From a bacterium (GTDB lineage: Bacteria > UBA8248), in contig CBDBEV010000001.1 in assembly GCA_965204535.1 (NCBI GenBank), positions 800,001 through 864,000 on the forward strand: 64,000 nt of DNA. Reading direction: 5' to 3'. The translations under genes and the position numbers were made by a program. The first letter of the stretch is position 1. Each line of letters begins with the position of its first letter. The notes under the pieces are model-generated. The model was given only the letters and a program-made list of their open reading frames with translations, was not told where the DNA came from and made no database searches. This document shows positions 20,625 through 29,542 of the stretch, one piece after another.

Positions 20625-20942
20625 GTGCTCAAACGAGCCGTTCATCCCGGTGAGATTTTGAAGGACGAACTGGCGGAACTCGGCGTCACGCCCACCGAAT
20701 TCGCGCGCCAAATTGAGGTGCCGCCCAACCGGGTGAGTCAGATCATCAACGGCAAGAGATCAGTCACCGGCGATACGGCCTTGCGCTTCGGGCATTGGTT
20801 CGGCGTCGAGCCTGAGTTCTGGCTCAATTTACAGGCGCATTTCGAACTCGTCCGCGCCGAGGAAGAATCGGGCGATGATATCCGCCTTCTGCCCACGAGG
20901 GAGAACCCACCGCCTCGGGCCGCATTGCCGGATGCGGTGTAG
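20625..20942 (+). CDS. higA: HigA antitoxin (XRE HTH)
   Basis: HPGEIL..EL, RVSQIINGKRSVT.DTALR, FWLNLQ. Confidence 0.93.
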   Translation: MLKRAVHPGEILKDELAELGVTPTEFARQIEVPPNRVSQIINGKRSVTGDTALRFGHWFGVEPEFWLNLQAHFELVRAEEESGDDIRLLPTRENPPPRAALPDAV

Positions 20943-20972
20943 TTGAGGCTGACGGAGTCCCAATCCCTCCCC

Positions 20973-21830
20973 TCACAAATAACACCTGAGCAGCCGGATG
21001 CTCCTTTCCGCCGCGACCCGGAAGGCGGGTTTCTGGTCGATCTGCACCGAGAGCGCGCCCTCGTAGCCGATCTCGCGAAGCGCGCGTATGAAGTCGCCGA
21101 AGTGGATGTGGCCCGAACCCGGATAGCCGCGCGTGGAATCGGCCACGTGCACGTATTCTATCCAGTCGCGCGCGGCGAAGATGGCCCCGGGAATGGAGGC
21201 GTCTTCAGAATTCATCCAGCAGCTGTCGATCATCAAGGCGAGGCCTGCGTGTTGCTCTTCCTTCACGTATTCCATCCCCTGGCGCACGGTGTTGATGAAG
21301 TTCGTCTCGTAGCGGTTGTAGGGCTCGATGTAGATCTTCATGCCCCGCGCGGCGGCGTAATCGGCGCCCGCTCGCATCGCGTCGCGCATCCAGCCGTTCG
21401 AGATCTCCCACATCTCGCCGGGGGTGCACGTGCCGCGGAACCGGCCGATGTTCACGCCGAGGGCGCCCAGTTTCTTGCCCGCATCAATCAGCGAGCGCAG
21501 CCGGGCGGCGCCCGCCTCGCGGATATCGGCGTCGGGATGACACATCATCACACCATCCTGAAGCTCGCTGGGGGCCGAGCCTATCATCGTCACCGAAAAG
21601 CCCGAGTGGGCGATTTCCGCCTCAACCCCCTGTGCGTCGGGGTCCTCGGGGTCGCGCATGGCGACTTCGAGCGTGTCGTATCCCAAATCCTTGAGCACGG
21701 CCAGGTTTTCGCCGAAATTCCCGCGCACGCCGGGCATCAGGGGAGAGCGCACCTCGGGCGTGGTGATGACGTAGCCAACGCTCATGTTGCTGGGCTCAGA
21801 GTACTCGGCGGCGTGAAGGGAAATCGGCAT
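20973..21830 (-). CDS. sugar phosphate isomerase/epimerase (xylose-isomerase-like TIM barrel)
   Basis: IEPYNRYET, VHVADSTRGYPGSGHIHF, IGYEGALSV. Confidence 0.88.
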   Translation of the reverse strand: MPISLHAAEYSEPSNMSVGYVITTPEVRSPLMPGVRGNFGENLAVLKDLGYDTLEVAMRDPEDPDAQGVEAEIAHSGFSVTMIGSAPSELQDGVMMCHPDADIREAGAARLRSLIDAGKKLGALGVNIGRFRGTCTPGEMWEISNGWMRDAMRAGADYAAARGMKIYIEPYNRYETNFINTVRQGMEYVKEEQHAGLALMIDSCWMNSEDASIPGAIFAARDWIEYVHVADSTRGYPGSGHIHFGDFIRALREIGYEGALSVQIDQKPAFRVAAERSIRLLRCYL

Positions 21831-21978
21831 GGTCCAGTATCTCCATAGTAAGCCATAAGAGGATATGGTGAGAAATTTTCCGGGAGATTACGGCTATGAG
21901 CGCATCTTGTCGAGAGGAGCAGGGGGATTGTTTATGGAGAAAATGCGAAGGCCCCCCGAGGACGGGGGGCCTGAAGCC

Positions 21979-23076
21979 TCAAGAACGGACGAGAAGCTGA
22001 AATGCGTATCCCGCGATCAGCGAGCCCAGGATGCCGCCCGCCAGGTAGATGGCAAGAACTTTTCGTTTCACCAGCACCCACACGCCGGCCATGGCGGGGA
22101 CGCACGTGACGGGACCCGCAATGAGAAAAGCCATGGCCGCGCCCCCGCCCATGCCTGCGGCGATGAGCCCCTTGGTGATGGGAATGGCGGCGACGCCCGA
22201 GGTGTAGAGCGGGATGCCCACCGCGCTCGCCAGCGGAATCGACCAGGGGTTTTCGCCGCCGAGTATCGCGCCTATCCACGCGGGGTCGACGTAGTGGACG
22301 ATCAGCGCTTCCAGGAGAAACGCCACCGCCAGCCATTTGGCGAGATAAAGGCCCACGCTGCTCGCCTGGGCGGTGAAGCCGCTCAAAGACGGCCTGTGCA
22401 TCCGGGTTTCATCCTGGTTTTCTTGTGCGCCAGGCGCGACGATGCTCCTCAGTTCACCATCGAGCCTCCCGCCCCGCCCGATGAGGTAGGTGGCGTAGCC
22501 GGTGCCCGCTCCAATGACGATGGCGCTGACGAGCCGCGCGACGGCGTAGTCCGTCCCCAGAACGCCTGCGGTCAGCACGAATTTTTCGGGACTCATCAGC
22601 GGTGAGCTGATCCAGAAGGCCATCACGGGTCCAAGCGGTACGCCGCTTGCGAACATGGCGGCGATCAGGGGGATGACGCCGCAGGAGCAGAACGGAACCA
22701 CGGCGCCCACCGCAGATGCACCGGCGATGGCCATGCCCTGGCGCTTGTCGAACACCGCTTTTATCTTGTCCGCGTACCCGGCCACGGTGACCCACGCGGA
22801 GACCCCCACGCTCAGGAGAAAAAAGGGCGCGATGCCCCAGAAGCTGTTCAGCATGAACAGGAGGTTTCGCTTGATCTCGGCGGTGATGATCTCGGCGGAA
22901 ATCTCTCGTCCCGCTCCCGCCCAGAGGATGAGCGCAAAAAGCGCGCCTATCGAGATGAAACCCCACAGGTAGGGGGAAGTCCACCTGGCTTTCGGCTCGG
23001 GCGCGCAGCAGGAGGCCTCCTCGGCGGACGATGCAGGCCTATCTGCGGCAGGCGTTGTTTTCACCTCGGTGATCAT
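21979..23076 (-). CDS. ArsP/DUF318-family permease (metal/metalloid efflux)
   Basis: PFCSCGVIP, MAFWISSPL, GIPLY, MAFLIAGP; N-terminal SCCAP; ATGA overlap with the MarR stop. Confidence 0.88.
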   Translation of the reverse strand: MITEVKTTPAADRPASSAEEASCCAPEPKARWTSPYLWGFISIGALFALILWAGAGREISAEIITAEIKRNLLFMLNSFWGIAPFFLLSVGVSAWVTVAGYADKIKAVFDKRQGMAIAGASAVGAVVPFCSCGVIPLIAAMFASGVPLGPVMAFWISSPLMSPEKFVLTAGVLGTDYAVARLVSAIVIGAGTGYATYLIGRGGRLDGELRSIVAPGAQENQDETRMHRPSLSGFTAQASSVGLYLAKWLAVAFLLEALIVHYVDPAWIGAILGGENPWSIPLASAVGIPLYTSGVAAIPITKGLIAAGMGGGAAMAFLIAGPVTCVPAMAGVWVLVKRKVLAIYLAGGILGSLIAGYAFQLLVRS

Positions 23077-23558
23077 GAAGATAACTCCTCGGCGGCGCGC
23101 GCGAGTTTTTCTATCGCGCGGACGATCTCTTCTTTCTCCTCGGGGGAGAACCTTTCCAGAAGCGCGCCGTCTTCGAGCGCACAGCCTTCCGAGATGGTGG
23201 CATGAAGCACCTCGCCCGCCTCGCTCAGACTCAGGCAGCACACGCGGCGGTCTCCTTCTTTCATGCAGCGCTCAATCAGGCCGCGCTCGACGAGCGGGTC
23301 TGCGCAGCGCGTCACGCCGCTCGGGGTGAGGCGCATCCGCCTGGCGATCACCCCCATGGGGAGGGGTTCCGCTTCCGCGTCCGCGAGCATGTGGAGGAGC
23401 GTCCATTGGTTGTGGGTGATGTCGTGGCAGCAGACCGCTTCTCTGTCGGCGGGTTTTTTCTGGTGAAAGAGATTATCGAGCGCCATGTGGAGACGCGCGC
23501 CGAGGTCGTGGGTTTCGAGTGCTGCGCTTTCACAACAGGTTTGCGGTGTGATGTTCAT
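23073..23558 (-). CDS. MarR-family regulator with three Cys-Cys pairs
   Basis: ITHNQW..L, LTPSGVTR..DPLVERGLIER...DRR...LSEAG; GAGGAG RBS before ATG 23558. Confidence 0.88.
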   Translation of the reverse strand: MNITPQTCCESAALETHDLGARLHMALDNLFHQKKPADREAVCCHDITHNQWTLLHMLADAEAEPLPMGVIARRMRLTPSGVTRCADPLVERGLIERCMKEGDRRVCCLSLSEAGEVLHATISEGCALEDGALLERFSPEEKEEIVRAIEKLARAAEELSS

Positions 23559-23659
23559 TTGTAGAAACTCCTCTATAGTTCTCGTTCCTGAATCTTTTTG
23601 GCTGAACCCTTTCACCGGGTGCCAGCTTTTTGCTAATGGAGCAAATATAGCGTTTCTCA

Positions 23660-23704
23660 ATATTTGATTATATCAAATATATATCGATGCAATTTTCCTG
23701 TCAA
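23660..23704 (-). promoter_or_regulatory. marR promoter and operator
   Basis: Minus strand TTGACA-17nt-TATATT; perfect palindrome ATATTTGAT-TAT-ATCAAATAT (23660-23680) overlapping the -10 and start site. Confidence 0.8.
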
Positions 23705-23851
23705 GGGGATTTTTGCTTTTTTGATTCTGGTGTGTTCTGGAGATGAAACCGGCTTGTTCCATCCCATCGCCACCCCTATACTCTGGGCGATTCGCGCGGT
23801 GCCTCACCGGGTTGTTGCTGCGCTTTTCGTCTTACGGCCTTGAAGAGGACA

Positions 23852-24745
23852 ATGATGAAACCCATCGCTTTCGATGAAATCTCAGAAGATCGCGCCACGG
23901 GACGGGTTGCGGCGATTTATGAAGACATGCGCCAGGTGCTGCGCAGCACGCAGGTGAACCTCATCTACCGAACCCTCGCGGTGCACGAAGAATACTTTTG
24001 CGCGGCCTGGGATGCGCTCAGGCCCAACGCCTCGATCGCTTATTTCGAGCGCTGCGCGGACAACCTGAGGATGCGCATGGCTCCGCCCATGCCGCCCGAC
24101 GTGCCCGACGTGGGCGAAGAACTGGAAGACGACTGCGATTACTCACCCGAGGATATCGACGCGGTCGATGGCGTCCTTGACATATATAACGACGCGAATC
24201 CCAAGAACCTCATTCTCGTCGCGGCGCTCAAGGGCGCGCTCAACGGCATGAAGATAGGCGGCATCCGCCCCGGTTCGGAGGCGGACACCGTTGCGCTGCC
24301 CGCCGGGCCGCCCGCCTCCATGCGCGCCGAAAGCCTCGTGGATCCGGCGGGCGTCGATGATTCTTTGGGCGCTCTATATCAGGAGATTCGCGAGGCGACC
24401 GGGGGGCTGGGCAGCGTCTGGCGCGCTTTGGGCCATCATCCCGCCTTCCTGGAACGCGTCTGGCCGTTCTTGAAAGAAGAGATGGCGAAAGCGGGATACC
24501 TGATCACCGTCACGCAGGCGCAGGGCGCAGCGGCTACGGCCGCCCAGGAATTTCCCTTCCCTGTTGACCTGAGCAGGCGGCAAGCGGCGGAGATGGGGCT
24601 TTCCGAGAGTGAAATCGACGTGATCGATCAGAAGCTCGACCGCTTCATCCACCTCATCCCCAGAACCAATACTTTGATCCTCCTCATGAAGGCGGCCCTT
24701 ATGGGCGAAGGCCGGGTGCGCAGGAAACCCTTCGAGGGGGAGTAG
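23852..24745 (+). CDS. DehI-family (group I haloacid dehalogenase-like) protein
   Basis: E..ATGRVAAIYEDMRQVLR...VNLIYRTLA...AAWDALRPN, repeated degenerately in the second half (LYQEIR...WRALG.HPAFL..VW..L). Confidence 0.75.
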   Translation: MMKPIAFDEISEDRATGRVAAIYEDMRQVLRSTQVNLIYRTLAVHEEYFCAAWDALRPNASIAYFERCADNLRMRMAPPMPPDVPDVGEELEDDCDYSPEDIDAVDGVLDIYNDANPKNLILVAALKGALNGMKIGGIRPGSEADTVALPAGPPASMRAESLVDPAGVDDSLGALYQEIREATGGLGSVWRALGHHPAFLERVWPFLKEEMAKAGYLITVTQAQGAAATAAQEFPFPVDLSRRQAAEMGLSESEIDVIDQKLDRFIHLIPRTNTLILLMKAALMGEGRVRRKPFEGE

Positions 24746-25126
24746 GATTTATTTCGTATACGTCTCCGTCGGCACACGTGTCCGGGGAAAAAGCCGATTG
24801 TCGAACGCCGCTGGACATTTCCGGCGGTTTCCTTATACTTGATCGCTCAACATGAAAATTTGGGGAGAAGGGGGCGCTCGCGGGGCGGGGCCGGGAGGCC
24901 CCATGCGTGTGTTTTTCTGCTCACTTGGCTGCGTGATCCTCTTCTGCAGCGTCTCCCCGAACCCGCCCATGTGTTAAACCATTCTTTTTCCATCGCGCCC
25001 TCTTTTCCAGGATGGGCTTCCTCATCGAGGCGTTGTTGACGATCCCGATTTGTGATATTTTCTCTTGCCTTTCGGGCGGAAAGCGGCGCCTGCGAAAGGG
25101 TCGCCACGGAAGAGTCGCCGAGTCGG

Positions 25127-25203
<77 letters not shown>

Positions 25204-25271
25204 TATTTTGGAGGTCGCGGCGCTCCTCTCTCCGATGCGAGGCCACGCGCAGGTGAGGGGAATGAAGACAT

Positions 25272-25348
25272 GGTGGGTGTAGCTCAGTGGTTAGAGCGCC
25301 GGGTTGTGGCCCCGGAGGTCGGGGGTTCAAATCCCCTCACTCACCCCA
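25272..25348 (+). tRNA. tRNA-His (GUG)
   Basis: G-1 plus GTGGGTG/CACTCAC-C-CCA; anticodon arm CCGGG-TT-GTG-GC-CCCGG. Confidence 0.97.
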
Positions 25349-25406
25349 CAGCGTTCACATTATCTTGAGCGGAACCTGGGTTCCGGACAAGACCAACGGA
25401 TATCAC

Positions 25407-25483
25407 GCGCCCGTAGCTCAATTGGATAGAGCGTCGGACTTCGGATCCGAAGGTTGTAGGTTCGAGTCCTACCGGGCGTGCCA
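25407..25483 (+). tRNA. tRNA-Arg (UCG)
   Basis: GCGCCCG...TCGGA-CT-TCG-GA-TCCGA...GGTTCGAGTCC...CGGGCGT-G-CCA. Confidence 0.96.
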
Positions 25484-25764
25484 TTGAAAAGCAAAGGAAA
25501 CGTTGTAGCGTCAAGGGATACGAGTAATCTGAGATTGCTGATGTGATCTCCTGTGTCATCGTCTATCACTGCGAATCCCTTTGGCCCTGATAAGCGTTAC
25601 TTTCATGGCGCTATAGTCATCAGTGCGCAGCGCGGGTGAGATGCTCCGCCTTCAAGAATTTTTTCGACCATTCTTACGGCTTTGTGTATAATCATCTTCA
25701 ACCGCATTCAGAACTCCTAACGTTCGTTTCTATTTTTCAACTATCACCTATGGGAGATAAGGCG

Positions 25765-26949
25765 ATGAAAAGACTGCTTGTTGCGGTGGCGTTGGTTTTA
25801 CTTGCAAGTGCGACGGCCGCTGCGGAAACCGTCAAGCTGGGCGTCCTTCTCGGTTATACGGGTCCTATCGAATCCCTGACCCCGCCTATGGCCAAGGCCG
25901 CTGAATTGGCGATGAAGGAAGTCAGCGACAGCGGCGCCTTGCTGGGCGGCGCCAAGGTGGTTTCGGTGCGCGCCGACAGCACCTGCATCGATTCCGCCGC
26001 CGCCAGGGCGGCGGCCGAGCGCCTGGTTACGTCGGATAAGGCCAACGCCATCGTCGGCGGCGATTGCTCGGGCGTCACCATCGCCGTACTGCAGAACGTG
26101 GCCCTGCCCAACGGGGTCGTGATGATCTCCCCCTCGGCGACATCGCCGGCTCTTTCCACGATCAAGGACAACGGGCTGTTCTTCCGCACCGCTCCCTCCG
26201 ACGCCCGGCAGGGGCAGGTCATCAGCGCCGTTTTGAAGGAAAGAGGCGTCAAATCGGCGGCCCTGACCTACACGAACAACGACTACGGCAAGGGTCTGGC
26301 CCACAGCATCAAGACCAATTTCGAGAAGGCCGGCGGCAAGATAACGATTTCCGCGGCGCACGAAGACGGCAAGGCGGACTACACGGCGGAAGTCGGCGCT
26401 CTCTCGGCCGCGGGCGGTGACGTTCTGATCGTCGCCGGTTACCTGGACCAGGGCGGCAAGGGGATCATCCGGGCGTCGGTCGATACCGGGGCGTTCGAAA
26501 CCTTCCTGCTGCCCGACGGCATGATCGGCGAGAGCCTGCCGAAGGCCATCGGCAAGGCGCTCGATGGTTCCTACGGCACCGTTCCCGGCACGGACAGCCC
26601 GGGCGCGGCGAAGCTCGGCGACATGGGCAAGAAGGCGGGCTTCAAGGGGTCTGCCCCGTTCGTGGCCGAATCCTACGATGCCGCGGCCTTGATTCTCCTG
26701 GCCATGCAGGCGGCCGGATCCACCAAGAGCGAGGCGCTCAAGGAGAAGGTGATGATGGTCGCCAATGCGCCGGGCGAGAAGATTTATCCTGGTGAGCTGG
26801 CCAAGGCGCTCAAGATTATCGCCGGGGGCGGTGATGTCGATTACGTGGGCGCCTCGGCGGTTGAGCTGATAGGCCCCGGTGAAAGCGCGGGCAACTACCG
26901 TGAGATCCTGGTGAAGGGCGGGAAGATCACCACCGTGCGCTACCGCTAA
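25765..26949 (+). CDS. branched-chain amino acid-type ABC transporter substrate-binding protein
   Basis: Signal peptide; ISPSATSPALS, FFRTAPSDARQG, NNDYGKGLA. Confidence 0.92.
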   Translation: MKRLLVAVALVLLASATAAAETVKLGVLLGYTGPIESLTPPMAKAAELAMKEVSDSGALLGGAKVVSVRADSTCIDSAAARAAAERLVTSDKANAIVGGDCSGVTIAVLQNVALPNGVVMISPSATSPALSTIKDNGLFFRTAPSDARQGQVISAVLKERGVKSAALTYTNNDYGKGLAHSIKTNFEKAGGKITISAAHEDGKADYTAEVGALSAAGGDVLIVAGYLDQGGKGIIRASVDTGAFETFLLPDGMIGESLPKAIGKALDGSYGTVPGTDSPGAAKLGDMGKKAGFKGSAPFVAESYDAAALILLAMQAAGSTKSEALKEKVMMVANAPGEKIYPGELAKALKIIAGGGDVDYVGASAVELIGPGESAGNYREILVKGGKITTVRYR

Positions 26950-27023
26950 ACCGGGTCATTTGTCGTGGATTCGCTGCATGGGAGACGACCGGGCGATGCG
27001 GCCGGGCGTTCTTTGTGGATTTC

Positions 27024-27815
27024 ATGATCTCGGTTTTTGACCTGCACATGCACTTCGGCGGCATTCGCGCCGTCGACGGGGTTTCCCTGTCCATCGACGA
27101 AGGCCGCATCACCGGGCTGATCGGCCCCAACGGCGCGGGCAAGACCACGCTGTTCAACGTCATCGCCGGGGTTCATCAGCCCACGTCGGGCAGCGTCTAT
27201 CTGGACGGGGAGACCGTCACCGGTCTCAAGCCTCACGAATTATGCGCCAGGGGTGTGTTGCGCACCTTTCAGATCGCCCAGGAATTCGCCACCCTGACGG
27301 TGCGCGAGAACCTCCTGATGGTGCCCTCGGGCCAGTCGGGAGAAAATCTCCTCGCCGCCTGGCTGCGGCCCGCGCAGGTGCGCTCCGAAGAAGAGCGCGT
27401 TTGCGCCAAGGCCGATGAAGTTATCGAGTTTCTGGAAATCTCGCAGGTGGCAGACGAGTTGGCCGGGAATCTCTCTGGCGGCCAAAAGAAACTTCTGGAG
27501 CTTGGCCGCACCATGATGGTGGACGCAAAAATCGTCCTCCTCGACGAGGTGGGCGCCGGCGTCAACCGCACCTTGCTTAAGAAGATAGGCGATGCGATTC
27601 TGCGCCTGCGAAGCGAGCGCGGCTATACGTTCTTCATGATAGAGCACGACATGGATTTCATCTCGCGCTTGTGCGAGCGAGTGATCGTCATGGCTGAGGG
27701 CGCGGTGCTCGCCGATGGAACCGCTGAAGAGGTAAAGGCCGACGAGCGCGTCGGCGAGGCCTATCTGGGCGGGCGCCGGAAAGACAAGCCAAACCGAGCC
27801 GATGACGATGAATGA
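27024..27815 (+). CDS. livG: LivG-type ABC ATPase
   Basis: GPNGAGKTT, RTFQI, LSGGQKKLLELGR, IEHDM. Confidence 0.92.
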   Translation: MISVFDLHMHFGGIRAVDGVSLSIDEGRITGLIGPNGAGKTTLFNVIAGVHQPTSGSVYLDGETVTGLKPHELCARGVLRTFQIAQEFATLTVRENLLMVPSGQSGENLLAAWLRPAQVRSEEERVCAKADEVIEFLEISQVADELAGNLSGGQKKLLELGRTMMVDAKIVLLDEVGAGVNRTLLKKIGDAILRLRSERGYTFFMIEHDMDFISRLCERVIVMAEGAVLADGTAEEVKADERVGEAYLGGRRKDKPNRADDDE

Positions 27816-28524
27816 CTCGGAAGATTACCTCATCGGCGAGAACATGACCGGCGGCTACGGCGGGCCGGACATTCTGCACGACTGCACCATCGCCGCCACA
27901 CGCGGGGAAATCACCGTCATCGTCGGCCCGAACGGGTCGGGCAAATCTACGGCCATGAAAGCGCTCTTCGGCATGTTGGAGATGCGCGAGGGTATTGTTC
28001 GCCTGGGCGGGGAGGATATCACCGGGCTGACGCCGCAGGACCGCGTCGTCCGAGGCATGAGCCTGGTGCCGCAGACTGGAAACGTTTTCACCTCCATGAC
28101 GGTCGAGGAGAACCTGGAGATGGGGGCCTTCATTCGCCAGGACGACATTGCGGACACCATGGAGCGAGTTTTCGACCTCTTCCCGGTCCTGAAGGAAAAG
28201 CGCCGCCAGCTTGCGGGCGAACTCTCCGGGGGCCAGCGCCAGCAGGTGGCGGTGGGCCGCGCGCTCATGACGCGGCCCAAGGTGCTGATGCTCGATGAGC
28301 CCACGGCGGGGGTCTCGCCCATCGTGATGACCGAGTTGTTCGAGCAAATCCTCTACATTGCGGGTGACGGCATCGCCATCCTGATGGTGGAGCAGAATGC
28401 CCGCCAGGCGCTGAGCATCGCCGACAGGGCCTATGTGCTCGTCCAGGGGCGCAACCGCTATACCGACACCGGCCCGGCGCTGATGATGAACACGGAAGTC
28501 CGCCAAGCGTTCTTGGGCGGCTGA
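27802..28524 (+). CDS. livF: LivF-type ABC ATPase
   Basis: GPNGSGKST, LSGGQRQ, LDEPTAG, VEQNA. Confidence 0.92.
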   Translation: MTMNDSEDYLIGENMTGGYGGPDILHDCTIAATRGEITVIVGPNGSGKSTAMKALFGMLEMREGIVRLGGEDITGLTPQDRVVRGMSLVPQTGNVFTSMTVEENLEMGAFIRQDDIADTMERVFDLFPVLKEKRRQLAGELSGGQRQQVAVGRALMTRPKVLMLDEPTAGVSPIVMTELFEQILYIAGDGIAILMVEQNARQALSIADRAYVLVQGRNRYTDTGPALMMNTEVRQAFLGG

Positions 28525-28528
28525 GGCG

Positions 28529-29542
28529 ATGGACGGCATCCTGAACGCACTGGTCCTGTTGTCGAATTTCGTCATCGTTCCCGCCGTGGCGTATGGCAGT
28601 CAGTTGGCGCTGGGCGCCTTGGCCGTCACCTTGATATACGCCATCTTGCGGTTTTCGGACTTCGCCCAGGGAGACACAATGGCCTTTGGGGCCATGGCGA
28701 CCATATTGCTCACCTGGGCGCTGCAATACGGGGACGTTTCGATCTCCCCGCTGCCGACCGCCCTGCTGGCCCTGCCGTTCGGTGTCCTCTGCACCGTAGC
28801 TCTTTGCCTGCTGGTCGATCGCTGGGTGTATCGTTTCTATCGCCGGGTGAAAGCGAAGCCCGAGGTGTTGATGATCGTCTCGGTCGGGGTGATGTTCGTA
28901 TACAATAGCGTGGTGCGCTTCATCATCGGGCCCGGCGATAGGTGGTTCGTCGACGGGGAGCGCTTCATCATCACGGCCCGGGCCTTCAAGCGCCTGAGCG
29001 GTTTGAATGAGGGGGTCGCCTTCAAGACCACGCAGGGGCTGACCATCCTGACAGCCGTCATTGTCGTGGCGGCCCTTTTCTGGTTTCTGAACCGCACGCG
29101 CACCGGCAAATCCATGCGCGCTTACTCGGACAACGAGGACTTGGCCCTGCTCTCGGGGATCGACCCTGAACGGGTCGTGCGCACCACCTGGATCATCGCG
29201 GCGGCGCTCGCCACCATCGCCGGCGTCCTGTATGGCCTGGACAAGAGTTTCAAGCCGTTCACCTATTTCAATCTTCTGCTGCCCATCTTCGCCTCCGCCA
29301 TCGTCGGCGGTCTGGGCAACCCGTTGGGCGCCATCGCCGGCGGCTTCACCATCGCTTTTTCCGAGGTCGCTCTCACCTACGCCTACAGGAAATTCCTCGC
29401 CTACCTCACGCCGGGAGAATGGGCGCCGCAAGGGTTGGTGCAACTGTTGTCCACGGATTACAAATTCGCGGTTTCCTTCGTCATTCTGGTGCTGGTGCTG
29501 CTGCTTAGGCCCACCGGCATCTTTGGAAGGAGATCTCCATGA
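28529..29542 (+). CDS. livH: LivH-type ABC permease
   Basis: TRTGKSMRA.SDNEDLA.LSGID, FASAIVGGLGNP.GA. Confidence 0.9.
   Translation: MDGILNALVLLSNFVIVPAVAYGSQLALGALAVTLIYAILRFSDFAQGDTMAFGAMATILLTWALQYGDVSISPLPTALLALPFGVLCTVALCLLVDRWVYRFYRRVKAKPEVLMIVSVGVMFVYNSVVRFIIGPGDRWFVDGERFIITARAFKRLSGLNEGVAFKTTQGLTILTAVIVVAALFWFLNRTRTGKSMRAYSDNEDLALLSGIDPERVVRTTWIIAAALATIAGVLYGLDKSFKPFTYFNLLLPIFASAIVGGLGNPLGAIAGGFTIAFSEVALTYAYRKFLAYLTPGEWAPQGLVQLLSTDYKFAVSFVILVLVLLLRPTGIFGRRSP

Noticed and set aside
21940-21981. Selenocysteine read-through of the permease TGA, which is followed by a hairpin
   Set aside because: The protein is complete at that point, there is no Cys-motif context, and the hairpin abuts the stop like a terminator or stabiliser.
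24903-24977. 24-aa Cys-rich ORF with GGGAGG RBS (MRVFFCSLGCVILFCSVSPNPPMC)
   Set aside because: Too short to support; it looks like an eroded signal-peptide remnant, and no modifying enzymes are nearby.
25065-25126. Riboswitch-like hairpins upstream of the tRNA cluster
   Set aside because: No match by eye to known aptamers; best explained as the tRNA precursor leader.
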